Assembly: GCA_002269645.1 (NCBI GenBank)
Contig: NIVC01004016.1
Location: 291-64,290, forward strand
Origin: Macrostomum lignano
Lineage: Eukaryota
DNA: 64,000 nt
Reading direction: 5' to 3'
Position 1 is the first letter of the stretch, and each line of letters begins with the position of its first letter. Position numbers and translations under genes: made by a program. Below the pieces are notes generated by a model that saw nothing but the letters and a program-made list of their open reading frames with translations, was not told where the DNA came from and did no database searches. Positions 40,343 to 51,604 of this stretch are shown piece by piece.

Positions 40343-40610
40343 CTCAGGAAGGCCGTGAACACCCTGGCGCTACCATTTCGGCGAAATCGTCCCTCACACC
40401 CAGAGCTGAGGCAATTCTGCCCATTCCGCTGACCCCTGAGCACACACAAGCGCGCCAATGCTGCACGCACTCATGCACACGCTCACACAGGGTGTACAGC
40501 GGCACACAGGGTGTCAGGCATGTACACTCTCTGTGCCTTGGGGGGGGGGGGGCTGCGCACGGAATCAAACCAGGGAGAGTCGGGCGTTTTAACCCCTGAG
40601 CTGCTCTGTC
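40343..40610 (-). mobile_element. Putative tRNA-derived SINE in the SLC25A38 intron
   Basis: Minus strand GACAGAG-CAGCTCAGGGGTTAAAACGCCCGACT...GGTTTGATTCC gives degenerate Pol III A and B boxes, followed by a C-run and a GC-rich body ending at AT-rich sequence. Confidence 0.5.
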
Positions 40611-40630
40611 ACCAATGGTAACCTTATTAC

Positions 40631-40908
40631 CTGTTCACAGCAGCCAGGTACATTGCCAGTCCCGGCACAGTCCGCAGTAGGGTTGGCGAGGTGCCCCGCC
40701 ACAGCGCCAGCGGCCCCTCCCGTCTGATCAGCTCTGCCGCAAACCTCGGCAGGCTTCGGCGAGATGCCGCCGGCTGCTGCACAGCGGCCGCCTGGACTCG
40801 AGTCTTCAGCACGTCCAACGGTTGGAAAACAACGGAGCTGATGGCGCCGCTGGTGGCGCCGTAGGCCAGGGACCAGGCAAAGTCGCTGCCGCCTCTGCTA
40901 GGCTGCAT
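40631..40908 (-). CDS. SLC25A38: Mitochondrial glycine carrier (SLC25A38/Hem25-like), coding exon 1
   Basis: ATG at 40908; GATSGAISSVVFQPLDVLKTRVQ (carrier signature Px[DE]xxKxR); LWRGTSPTLLRTVPG. Donor AG/GTAATA at 40631/40630. The spliced CDS is 918 nt = 305 aa, about the length of the human protein. Confidence 0.9.
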
Positions 40909-41144
40909 TCTAAGCAAGGTGGAATCCCTTTAACTGCAGTAGTCAGTGTCTGTAAACATGGACCAGATGTAGGCAGTAATGAGGATGCAGGGAAACTTTT
41001 GCAATAAATAAAGCTTGGCTATTGAAACTTCGGGCATCCAGCATTCAGACGGGTGCAAGCGTTCTCTAAGGGTTGCCATTGTCTTTGAAAGATAAATTAG
41101 TGCCTGTGCGCCAATACTAGTGGATGTTAATATGGATGCGTTTC

Positions 41145-41826
41145 TGTCTATAGTAGGTGCCAGTGTGCCTATAGTAGGTGCCCACATGTCTATAGTAGGT
41201 GCCAGTGTGCCTATAGTAGGTGCCCACATGTCTATAGTAGGTGCCAGTGTGCCTATAGTAGGTGCCCACATGTCTATAGTAGGTGCCAGTGTGCCTATAG
41301 TAGGTGCCCACATGTCTATAGTAGGTGCCCACCTGTCTATAGTAGGTGCTTAAATGTCTATAGTAGGTGCCCACCTGTCTATAGTAGGTGCTTAAATGTC
41401 TATAGTAGGTGCCCACCTGTCTATAGTAGGTGCTTAAATGTCTATAGTAGGTGCCCACCTGTCTATAGTAGGTGCTTAAATGTCTATAGTAGGTGCCTAA
41501 ATGTCTATAGTAGGTGCCTAAATGTCTATAATAGGTGCCTAAATGTCTATAGTAGGTGCCTAAATGTCTATAGTAGGTGCTTAAATGTCTATAGTAGGTG
41601 CCTAAATGTCTATAGTAGGTGCCCACCTGTCTATAGTAGGTGCCTAAATGTCTATAGTAGGTGCCTAAATGTCTATAGTAGGTGCCTAAATGTCTATAGT
41701 AGGTGCCTAAATGTCTATAGTAGGTGCCAATGTGCCTATAGTAGGTGCCAGTGTGTCTATAGTAGGTGCCCACATGTCTATAGTATGTGCCCATATGTCT
41801 ATAGTAGGTGCCTAAATGTCTATAGA
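41145..41826. repeat. 21-bp minisatellite (TCTATAGTAGGTGCCTAAATG)n, about 32 copies
   Basis: Core CTATAGTAGGTGC with variable ends; runs of alternating variants form 42-bp dimers. Confidence 0.97.
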
Positions 41827-42897
41827 CCTCTACAAAGAGGCTACATAGACGCAAAAGGTGACTATTATGTAGTAGGCCAACAATATTTAACGTAACTCTG
41901 CAAAGAACCGGAATGTCATAGCTAAGATGCCCGTGTCAAAAAACCTACAACAATGGAAAAACCCACGAGTCCAAGAGCCACATTATTTGCAAGCAGAATA
42001 TCAAAAAGCAGACCGTTTAGCCAATACACGGGAGAAAAATGCTTTGTTTTCAATCAATAGACGGACGGTCTGCGCCTGCAGCACAGCCAGCCGCTGCTAG
42101 GATTTCTTCAGTTCGCATAGCATTTCAAGAATCCATGGGAAGGAAGGGAAGCCGCATCTGCATAGCAGTTTATCACGGTAGCTGAGGGAGGGGAAGGCAG
42201 AGATGGAGCATCGGGATAAGACCACAACACAGCGCGCGTGCCAGGAAATGAACAGTGGATCAAGCAGTAGGCTTCGAAATTCGAGACAGGCGGACAGCTG
42301 ATGCTTTGACAGCTGAGTGCAACTGGGGGACCAGGACTGGAACACAAATGTAAAGGTAATTGAAATTATATTTTGGCTGATAAAGAAAATAAAGTTTAGT
42401 CGTAAAAAATTAAAGTTTCCGATTTCTTTCAGTGTTGTATAAGATTGGTAATTTATTTTATTGTAATAGCTAACGAAACTGTGTTACACAAATAGCAGAA
42501 CACGTTTCGGAATCATTAAATAATTACAACAAATATAACCGGTGTGGTCTTATTTCATTAAAACAAAAGTTCAGCCAAGCAACAGGTAGCTGCTTATTTA
42601 ACAGTGAAAAGGACAATAAAAACCCACCGCGCAAGGGACTAGATAAACTAACAATTAATTGTAAACAGTTGTGAATAAAATCAAATAAACCATTGACATT
42701 TGAGTTTGCAATTTGAAGAGTCATTTAACATAAATTAAAATTGAATAAAATCAATTGTGTTCAATTGAAACTCAATAAAAACAATGCAACCGCTATACAG
42801 TAAAACAATTTTAAGCAGCAATAAAATACGTATTAATAATTTCTGTGGAGCAAACCAGACTTTGGTTACGGGGAATCCCAGGTACTATTTAAAAAAT

Positions 42898-43400
42898 ATT
42901 CTCGGCACTTGACGTGCTGCGGAAATCTATGAGTCTATAGTTTTTTAGAAAGATTTTAGAAAGAGAAAGAAACATCCGCCTTGCTGCGGAAATCTATGGG
43001 TGTTTCCCAGTTTCTATTTTTAGAAAGATTCTGGCACACCCGCCATGCTGCGGAAATCTATGGGTGGTTCCCAGTTTCTATTTTTAGAAAGATTCTGGCA
43101 CACCCGCCATGCTGCGGAAATCTATGGGTGGTTCCCAGTTTCTATTTTTAGAAAGATTCTGGCACACCCGCCATGCTGCGGAAATCTATGGGTGGTTCCC
43201 AGTTTCTATTTTTAGAAAGATTCTGGCACACCCGCCATGCTGCGGAAATCTATGGGTGGTTCCCAGTTTCTATTTTTAGAAAGATTCTGGCACACCCGCC
43301 ATGCTGCGGAAATCTATGGGTGGTTCCCAGTTGCTGTTTTTAGAAAGATTCTCGCACACTCGACGTGCTGCGGAAATGTCTTGGTGTTTCCCAATTGCTA
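42898..43400. repeat. 64-bp tandem repeat, about 7-8 copies
   Basis: GCTGCGGAAATCTATGGG recurs at 42983, 43047, 43111, 43175, 43239 and 43303, with degenerate edge copies. Confidence 0.95.
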
Positions 43401-44024
43401 TTAGTAATACAATAATTGCCAATCATGCCCCAAAACATGAAAATTCCGATTGTAAACAAGATAATCAAAAAAGATAACGAGGCAATAATTACGCTACCTG
43501 CAGACTCCAGAAGTCAAGTCTAAAACATTTTGGTAACACTTGACGCGAAACTTGAAACAGTTAAAAAATCCAGGGAAGGGCCATAAATTATAAAATATCG
43601 AGTATGAACAACGAATAAAGCAAATTAACAGCAAGCAATTAAAAACAGCTATGAGAAGATCAGATATACTTATATAAGAGTATAAGAGCAGCGACGAACA
43701 CGAAAAAGAGGACACACAAACACGCACATTGGATATTTGGTGCAAATTAACAATAATAAAAGCTTTATTATTACTCGTAATATTATTTAATTTTTTCCAA
43801 GCCTAAATTAGCATTATAATCCAGACAAAGCTGTTATTGTTTCTAACAAGAAAAGTGCAAATGCGGCAGCCAATATTAACAAAAAAATCGTTTACGCTTG
43901 TCTATTTCACACTTTGGACACCGGAAATTTTTCAGAATGCGCCAAGCAACGTCAAAGTAACGAAAGTTTTCGCCTCTGAAAAGTCCATTTTGGATACCCA
44001 GATTGACATTATCTTAGATCATCC

Positions 44025-44076
44025 AGATAGACAGACTGACGTGGACATATGAACAGACAGACAAACTCTGAGACGG

Positions 44077-44120
<44 letters not shown>

Positions 44121-44129
44121 CTGAGACGG

Positions 44130-44185
<56 letters not shown>

Positions 44186-44818
44186 CTGAGACGGGATAGA
44201 CAGACAGACAGACATACAGACAGACAGACAGACAAACACTGAGACGGGATAGACAGACAGACAGACAGACAGAGACAGACAGACAAACACTGAGACGGGA
44301 TAGACAGACAGACAGACATACAGAGACAGACAGACAAACACTGAGACGGGATAGACAGACAGACAGACAGACAGAGACAGACAGACAAACACTGAGACGG
44401 GATAGACAGACAGACAGACAGACAGAGACAGACAGACAAACACTGAGACGGGATAGACAGACAGACAGACAGACAGAGACAGACAGACAAACACTGAGAC
44501 GGGATAGACAGACAGACAGACATACAGAGACAGACAGACAAACACTGAGACGGGATAGACAGACAGACAGACATACAGACAGACAGACAAACACTGAGAC
44601 GGGATAGACAGACAGACAGACATACAGACAGACAGACAAACACTGAGACGGGATAGACAGACAGACAGACATACAGAGACAGACAGACAAACACTGAGAC
44701 GGGATAGACAGACAGACAGACATACAGACAGACAGACAAACACTGAGACGGGATAGACAGACAGACATACAGACAGACAGACAGACAGACAGACATGCAG
44801 ACAGACAGACATGCAGAC

Positions 44819-44867
<49 letters not shown>

Positions 44868-44890
44868 TGCAGACAGACAGACATGCAGAC

Positions 44891-44943
<53 letters not shown>

Positions 44944-44944
44944 G
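44025..44944. repeat. Compound (GACA)n microsatellite with periodic AAACACTGAGACGGGATA interruptions
   Basis: Read directly; the interrupting motif recurs roughly every 45-65 bp between about 44060 and 44755. Confidence 0.97.
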
Positions 44945-45032
44945 CTATGTCGTTATCTAAAGACTTTTTGGTTAATATGTGTAATTTCCAAACGCGAAAA
45001 TGTAAAGAGCGCCAAGAATCAATGCCAAGCGG

Positions 45033-45571
45033 TTAGAAATCTTGTTTGGTGCGTTTAGCGGCCGGCGGCCCGTCCTGGCTGGCGTCCTGGCAGGCGGACA
45101 TCAGGTCGCTATTGGTGTTGTCCTCGCTGGGTCCGCCGGGGCCCTGGCAGCTGCCGGCGGTGAACTCGGTGCCGCCCGATTTGCTGTCGTCGTCCATCAG
45201 CAGGTTGGTCGGCGGCGAATTGTTGGAATCGCCGACGCCCAGGCTGCCGCCCAAGCCGATGTTGGAGTCGCCGTTAGCTGAGTCCAGATCGACATCCAGG
45301 CCGGTTGGCGCTGAAGAAGCCGCCGCCGCTACCGCTGAAGCGGACGACATCGGAGCAATGATGCTGCTAGTGTCCACGGCTGCCGCGCTGTCAACGGCTA
45401 CAGCGGCCGCGGCGGCGTCTGCGTCCGCTGCTGCTGCAGCTACGGCGGCGGCGGCCGCCGCCTCGTCCGGCGTGGCCGAGGAGGCAGCCTCGGGGCCGGA
45501 CAGGGCAAAGCGGGCCTTGTCGGACACCTGGTAGGGCTTGGGCTTGTGCCGGGTGAAATTCTGTTCGGCGG
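45033..45571 (-). CDS. Terminal coding exon of an unidentified gene (Ala/Ser/Asp-rich tail ending in NLS-like PAAKRTK)
   Basis: Pyrimidine tract plus TTCCAG acceptor at 45572. Open frame AEQNFTRHKPKPYQVSDKARF...PPAAKRTKQDF then TAA. GC-rich like the other exons. Upstream exons not found. Confidence 0.7.
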
Positions 45572-48500
45572 CTGGAAGTTCGGGGATAAGAGAAGATTTC
45601 TATGTACTGTTAGTGTCACCTCGGGGTGATCGGCGGGTGCAGATTTTAAAATTCAGGTGACCTTGAAAATCGAATCATTTAAATAATCGACTATAGTGAA
45701 TGTTACTGTAATAAACATTGCTTGCGTATTTCACTTACATGGAATCCATTTGTACACGGTTAAACTTGTGTCCTTGATGTGCACCCATTTCTTCTCCCTA
45801 AAGTTTAATAGGAATAAATAAAGTTGTCTTATTAGTATTGTTGTTAGAAATTATTTACGTTGGACTTTCTCTATTATACAGAAATAAAATTCATGATTGA
45901 TTAAAAAACTTGTAAAGTTGCAAAAGTACACTATGCACTTTGTGCAAATTCACAAGACACCTTTAAAATAACGATTGGCATCATCGGCAAAAGCTTACGA
46001 CTGCAGCAACCATCTTTTTGAAACTTAAAAAACGTTTCATTTTAAAGTTTTATCTCAAAGTGTATTAAAGTCTAAGATTAACTAAAAACTGGACAAAGCG
46101 TACAAACATTTAAAAACATTTTGGCCTTCGAAAAGTCACTGTCCAGCGTTATAAAAGTGGTAAATCAACTCGGGTTATACTTCAAGAAGTCCTTGAACTC
46201 GGATCGGGAAGAAATATTTTGCACATAAAATCATTCCCTTAGCCCTACTTAGCAAAGTCAATAAAAATTAAAGTGTGCTATAAGTGGACGTCAATCTATT
46301 GCATAAACAGTTCCCCCAGCGATCCTACCGAGTGGCTGTTAGAATTTTTTTAAATTACAGCTGAATAAAAAAACTAATATATGCTATTATTGTGGCTAAG
46401 TATACGTACCCAAAAAACTTCCATTACTTAATGGTACAACACTATGAAATAAAAAATCAAGACCATCCGTCATAAATTTGGTCAGAATTCATCCAGATCT
46501 ACTACGAAAAGTTGGAACAGCACGAAGTTCTAATAAACAAAGCATGCTGCAACAGCATATGGCTTACTAGTCTAGCATAGAGTGGACGGAACAAGAGGTT
46601 TACTCAGCAATATACACTGAAAACGGTGCAATGATGCGTACCCTCTGCGATGCAGACAGATACTTCTAATGGGCAGTGCGAACGCACAAAAGTACCAATA
46701 AACTGGATAGATCGAACCATTCTTGTAAGGAGATGAAGGATGAGCTAGGAAGGAGAGAAGTTTTGAAAATTATTCTATAATACTTCAAGAGCAGCGGCTC
46801 CAGCCAAAGAGAGGGCGGGCCGAGTTCATTCAAACTGGGAGATGGTGCTCGTTTCCAGTGCAATTAGGTTAAGCTGCTGGCTGAAGCTATCAACTGCATT
46901 AGGCAAGGAGCGAGGGATACCAAGTGGACCGATAGTGGTAAGGAAGAAGGCGAGAGCTGCTCGATTCGTAAATAATGCATCCGTCCCTTGGCAGAGAAGC
47001 AAGTGAATGCTGAACAACTTAGAGCAACGCTGAGGCAGAGGAAATGGATTGGATATGACAGGCTTATTTTGCAGTTGCATTCCTGCCATAATCTCTAAGC
47101 ATATTATTCTATAGTATTTCTGTCGCCTTGTCGATCTGCATTAGAGAGTGCAGACAGCTCAGAGTACCGGGACCAAGACAGAACAGAGAAGGCAAAGTTT
47201 AATACTTGTACACTTCGCGTCTCCAACTCATGCCGCTCAAAAATCTACGAGGGTTTTAATACATAATTATCGCCTGATTCGAGGCAAAAATCGAACAGTA
47301 CTCAGCGTACTCGTACAAGATAAAAAAATCAATTTTTCCCAATACAAAGCTGGGCTTCCTGGAGGGCGGATAGACTCAATATTTTTTGACAATCTCAAAG
47401 CCCCAGTGCTTCATTGAAAAATTCAAATACTGCAATTTCTTGGTTCGCCTTACGGCTATTTAGGGTAGTCGAATTTTTAACTTTTTAAGCAAAAAATATA
47501 GTGGGATGCCGATGCCGGAATTTATCCGCTACTTATTTCCGTAGGGAAATTTCACAAAGTCCTCCTTGCACTTTTGCCTGTCGCTGTTCATTGAATACTC
47601 GTTAGTTGTTGATTTTTCTTTATTATTCCTCATTCCATCGAGCCTGCCCATTTTGGTTGGCAATCGAATGTTCGAACAGTTTTCTTTCCAAGCAGTTTTG
47701 CCGAGGATGCAATTTGGGGCGAGATTTTTCGCGATCGAAATCAATGGGCGGGCTATAGGAAGGAGCCCCGAGGTCACTAGATTGCATTGGCCTGCCTGCA
47801 AGAACAGTCAGTAGTAGCAGAAGTCGCACCAGTCTGTCATCGACTGGCAACATTTCGGACTGCCCGCCCAAGTACAAAACGCCGCAAGAAGCTGGCAAAG
47901 CCGGCCCCTAAGGCAACTGAGGGCAATCTGTCTTGGCTTCTCGTATGCCGCGGCTTATACGCAGCAATAGCTCGAACACAGTCCCAATCATTATGTTGGC
48001 TTCATCCCTGGTAGAAAATGTTTATTAATTCTGCCGCGTCGCCTGACGGACGAAAAATCGAGGCAAAAAAGAAAAAAATGAAAAAATTCGTAGTAGAGAC
48101 ATGCGCCGACAGATGCAGATTTGATCGAGCCCGAACTATGAACAGGACAGCAATTCAAATAACCCTTTTCTCAAGGTCTCGTCCATTCTCGCCGCAATTA
48201 TTGATTAAAGGCCACACTTGCTCAATGCAGAGTGAGGAAAGTGTATAGCTGAATTATTTTCGGACCCTTCCATTTCTCTGACTGAGTCACTTGACTGAGA
48301 CAACTCCTACTGCCAATGCCCTCTAGATGCAATTAGAAATCTGTCTGACACTTTTTAGTCAAAGTTTTAGGAGGGTGCACTATAGAAGGTGAATGGGATT
48401 AGCAGCCAATGGTAAAGTGACTATCTCTAGCCTTTATAAGGCACTCGAAAGTCTCTAGGACAGGCTGGAGGCATATGCGAATGAATATTGAATATTTAAG

Positions 48501-50701
48501 TGCCATGCACGTTTAAAAAATTCCAGGGCAGGCAAAAGTGCATACGTAACTTAAATAAATGACGCGTTCTAGAGTTACAAAATCATGCGCAGCAAATGAC
48601 GGTTCAACGAAATTTAAGGCGAAACCACAACTGGAAAGCCAAAGCCCAAATGGGAATTTGACCATTCTCTTGTCTCGTATGATTAATACCCAGCAACAAT
48701 AATAATTTGCAAACCAAATACAGTCGAGACTTCTAATCCCTACCGTCCAAAACAGGCAAAGCCCTTGCTTCCAATAGAAAGCTTATCAGCTTAATTTCCT
48801 CTACGTTTTTGGCTTAGGGTCCCTTCAAAACAGCTTGCGGTTAGGAAGCTAATGCAAGACGTGCTGCTCAGGCCTATTTCTCTTCTCTTCAATAATTCCC
48901 TTGGCATTCCCTATTATTTTTTCTTTCCATACGGCCTTCTCTGGAGAGCTAAGTCACCGGAACTTTGCAGTGGAATTACTGAAAATCCAGCACAAACAGC
49001 CTCTGCTTCGCCGGCGATTTTTACCCTCTTCCTACCCTATAGTATCTCTGACTACCAACTCCTTCCCTCTGCGAAGTTGGTCCATCGACCAGCTGCATGA
49101 CTCAGCGATAGCGTGCTTCTATCCATACAAGGAGAAATGCAATAAGAAGCCTACTTAGCTGCAGTGCACGATCAACTAGCTAAATCATCCGACCAGTTTT
49201 CCTTATCGCTTTTGCATCGATGCCCTGTCCGGCCGCTGTCGCCTGTCTCTCTTTTCATTTGATTGCCATAACCATCCTTACAGACAGCACTGCCTTGCCC
49301 ATACTTCAACATCAGGTTTAGCAATACAAACTTTTTACTTCTCGAAGTAAAAAATACAGATGACAGACAGGCAACAAATATAAAGTTGTGTCCACTATAA
49401 TATAATACTGCATTTGAATAGAACCAAATTTGTATTCGGCCAAAGAACCGCGCTGGAATGCGAAATATTCGATTCAGGCCTATAGTCCTGCCAGTCAAAG
49501 ATGATGCCGAGTGCTAAGCAGCATAATCCTAAACTCCGGCCATAAAAGAAAGCCATCATCTGTTTTTATGGCAGAAAAATAATGGCACGCTTCTTTTTAG
49601 TCTTTCTGAATCGCCGCACATAAAATATGATTGCTTTCTTTGAGCCACTGGCAGCCTCAACGGTAATAAATAAAGCCAAAAAGGCGAAAGATAAGCATGC
49701 TCCCAATACCTTTTCTGTTTGCACGTAGTTCAAACAGTATTTTACTTAGTAATACACAATAAAAGCCAGCGAATTTTTATTGCGTAGCTTCAACTTCCAA
49801 GTCAAGCATAAGAAGGGACCAAACGTCGGATGCATTCAACTGGTTAATAATCGGATGGAAGAAACTCTTTCTACATAATAGAAACCGTGTTCTCATCTGG
49901 TCATCTATGCTTTTCATCGATCGATAGTCAATACTTAATTTTTATAATTCCTAAGAGGCAACTTTTTTATGCAGCAAGCGATAACACGAGCTGAACTCGT
50001 TGACACTGTATCGTAACTTTTTAGAAAGACGGAAATAGGGCATCTCCAGCAATACAAACTTTAGAATATCTTTAATTTTTTTAAACGCACACAAGCACTC
50101 GCGACACCCGCGAATTCGCGATTCTTAGTCAGCAGTAGCTGCTACAGAAGTTGTGTAGATTGTAAAGCTAAGAAACAGAAGAGTAGAATCGCAGAAGGAT
50201 TGGTCCACGGAGGAAAGGGTAGACTTTAAGAAAAGCGTGTTAAGGCAACGGACAGAGCGGGAAGCGGAGAGAAAACATGAAGGCATGGATATGGAGGGGT
50301 GGTCGGGTACCCGGGTGGATAGGTTCGCGGCACAAGCAACGCAGTGGTCAGAAGGGCATGGCGCCGAAGAGAAGGGGAAGTGGAGAATGTGGGGCAGGAA
50401 GGAGACAGACAAGGCGGAAAGTCGACGACAGACTACACGTCTACCTCCCTCCCCATCGCTCCTTCCCAGCCGGCTACCTACCCGGAAGGTATTAAAAAGA
50501 GCGCAATGTGTCACGAAGTCAGCCATCTAAGCTGCCTGTCTTTCTTTTGCTTTAGCCAACTGTCTTTTCCGCCCACCAGTCTGGGGGTGTGAGAAGAAAC
50601 ACCGCAAAAAACGGCATATGAATTAGCTGCTGCCCAAGCTGAAAGCCGAATTAACGCGCCGTAACTCGAGCAGGGAAGCCGGACTTCTAACCATTGCTAT
50701 C

Positions 50702-51604
50702 ATGACTAAAGAAAGAAAACTCTGCAACGGCGACGCTCCGCAGGAAAAGTCCGTGTACGATCAGCAGCGAATAGCCCGGCCGGCAATTTACATGTACTGC
50801 GGCCGGGCCAGCTTCGGCATCGGCGTTCTCTGCATGCTGGCCGAGGTGTCCGTATTTATTATAAAGCGCGGCCTCACCTCCATGGGCATCGGTATCTGGA
50901 CTGGGGCGCCGTTTGTTCTACTCGGCGCTGTAACCATGGCAGTACCCAAGACGCGCACCGTATGCTCCATTAATACCTGCCTAGTTTTTTGTGTCGCTTC
51001 ATTGGCGATTGCATTTATTGGCGTGCTGCTCTGCATCGCGCACATACTGGAGTTGAGTCTCATTCTACAGCAGCAGTACACGCCGAGTCCAAATTTTGAG
51101 CTACACTGCCGAGGCTGTGGGCATTACATTGTGATAAAAGAGACTGGCCAGATTGGCCTGCTGCTGCTGCAATCGCTCGTGTCGGCCATACTACTCTGCT
51201 TCGCGTACAAGGACTGCCTGTGCTGCCATCCGACCGAAACACATCTGGTGACCGCCTCCACCCCTGTGCACGCGGGAGTCTCCCTAGTGACCGAGAATCA
51301 GAATGCCGCTTGTCCCTCGCCCACCTGTTCAGTAAGACAGATTCGAGCCTACCAACAGCAGCTGCAGCAGCACCAGCAATACTCTCCGCATCAGCCGCAG
51401 ATGCGTCAGCAGCAACAGCTACATCATCCCCACCAGCAGCTGCAACAGTTACATCTGGTCCAACAACAGCAACCGCAGCAATATGGATATGGCAATCACA
51501 GTAATATCGCAACGGATTCTGCCCAATCACCAATGCCTTGCTCGTCATCAGCGCCTACTATACACAAGAACTATGCAACAACGCACATGTACTTCGAGTT
51601 GTAA
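50702..51604 (+). CDS. CD20/MS4A-like four-transmembrane protein with Gln-rich C-terminus (intronless CDS)
   Basis: 300-aa ATG-to-TAA ORF. Three clustered hydrophobic segments including the GIWTG motif, a fourth (GLLLLQSLVSAILLCFAY) followed by CLCC, then a poly-Q/H tail. Confidence 0.8.
   Translation: MTKERKLCNGDAPQEKSVYDQQRIARPAIYMYCGRASFGIGVLCMLAEVSVFIIKRGLTSMGIGIWTGAPFVLLGAVTMAVPKTRTVCSINTCLVFCVASLAIAFIGVLLCIAHILELSLILQQQYTPSPNFELHCRGCGHYIVIKETGQIGLLLLQSLVSAILLCFAYKDCLCCHPTETHLVTASTPVHAGVSLVTENQNAACPSPTCSVRQIRAYQQQLQQHQQYSPHQPQMRQQQQLHHPHQQLQQLHLVQQQQPQQYGYGNHSNIATDSAQSPMPCSSSAPTIHKNYATTHMYFEL

Noticed and set aside
41117-41854. (HLGTYYR)n ORF
   Set aside because: Translation of the 21-bp minisatellite.
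42097-42354. Short ORFs and a plus-strand donor-like site at 42354
   Set aside because: No recognisable protein and stops in the plus frames; at most a UTR exon.
43845-44944. Helentron/DINE-1-like element (AACAAG start plus GACA microsatellite)
   Set aside because: No subterminal inverted repeat or terminal hairpin could be identified.
44009-45058. (SVCL)n and (QTDR)n ORFs
   Set aside because: Translations of the GACA microsatellite.
46480-49500. Possible degraded non-LTR retroelement or upstream exons
   Set aside because: Only vague resemblances, many stops, no RT/endonuclease motif and no consistent splice phase.
50125-50592. Short overlapping ORFs upstream of the MS4A-like gene
   Set aside because: No motifs; purine-rich sequence more likely to be 5' UTR or promoter.
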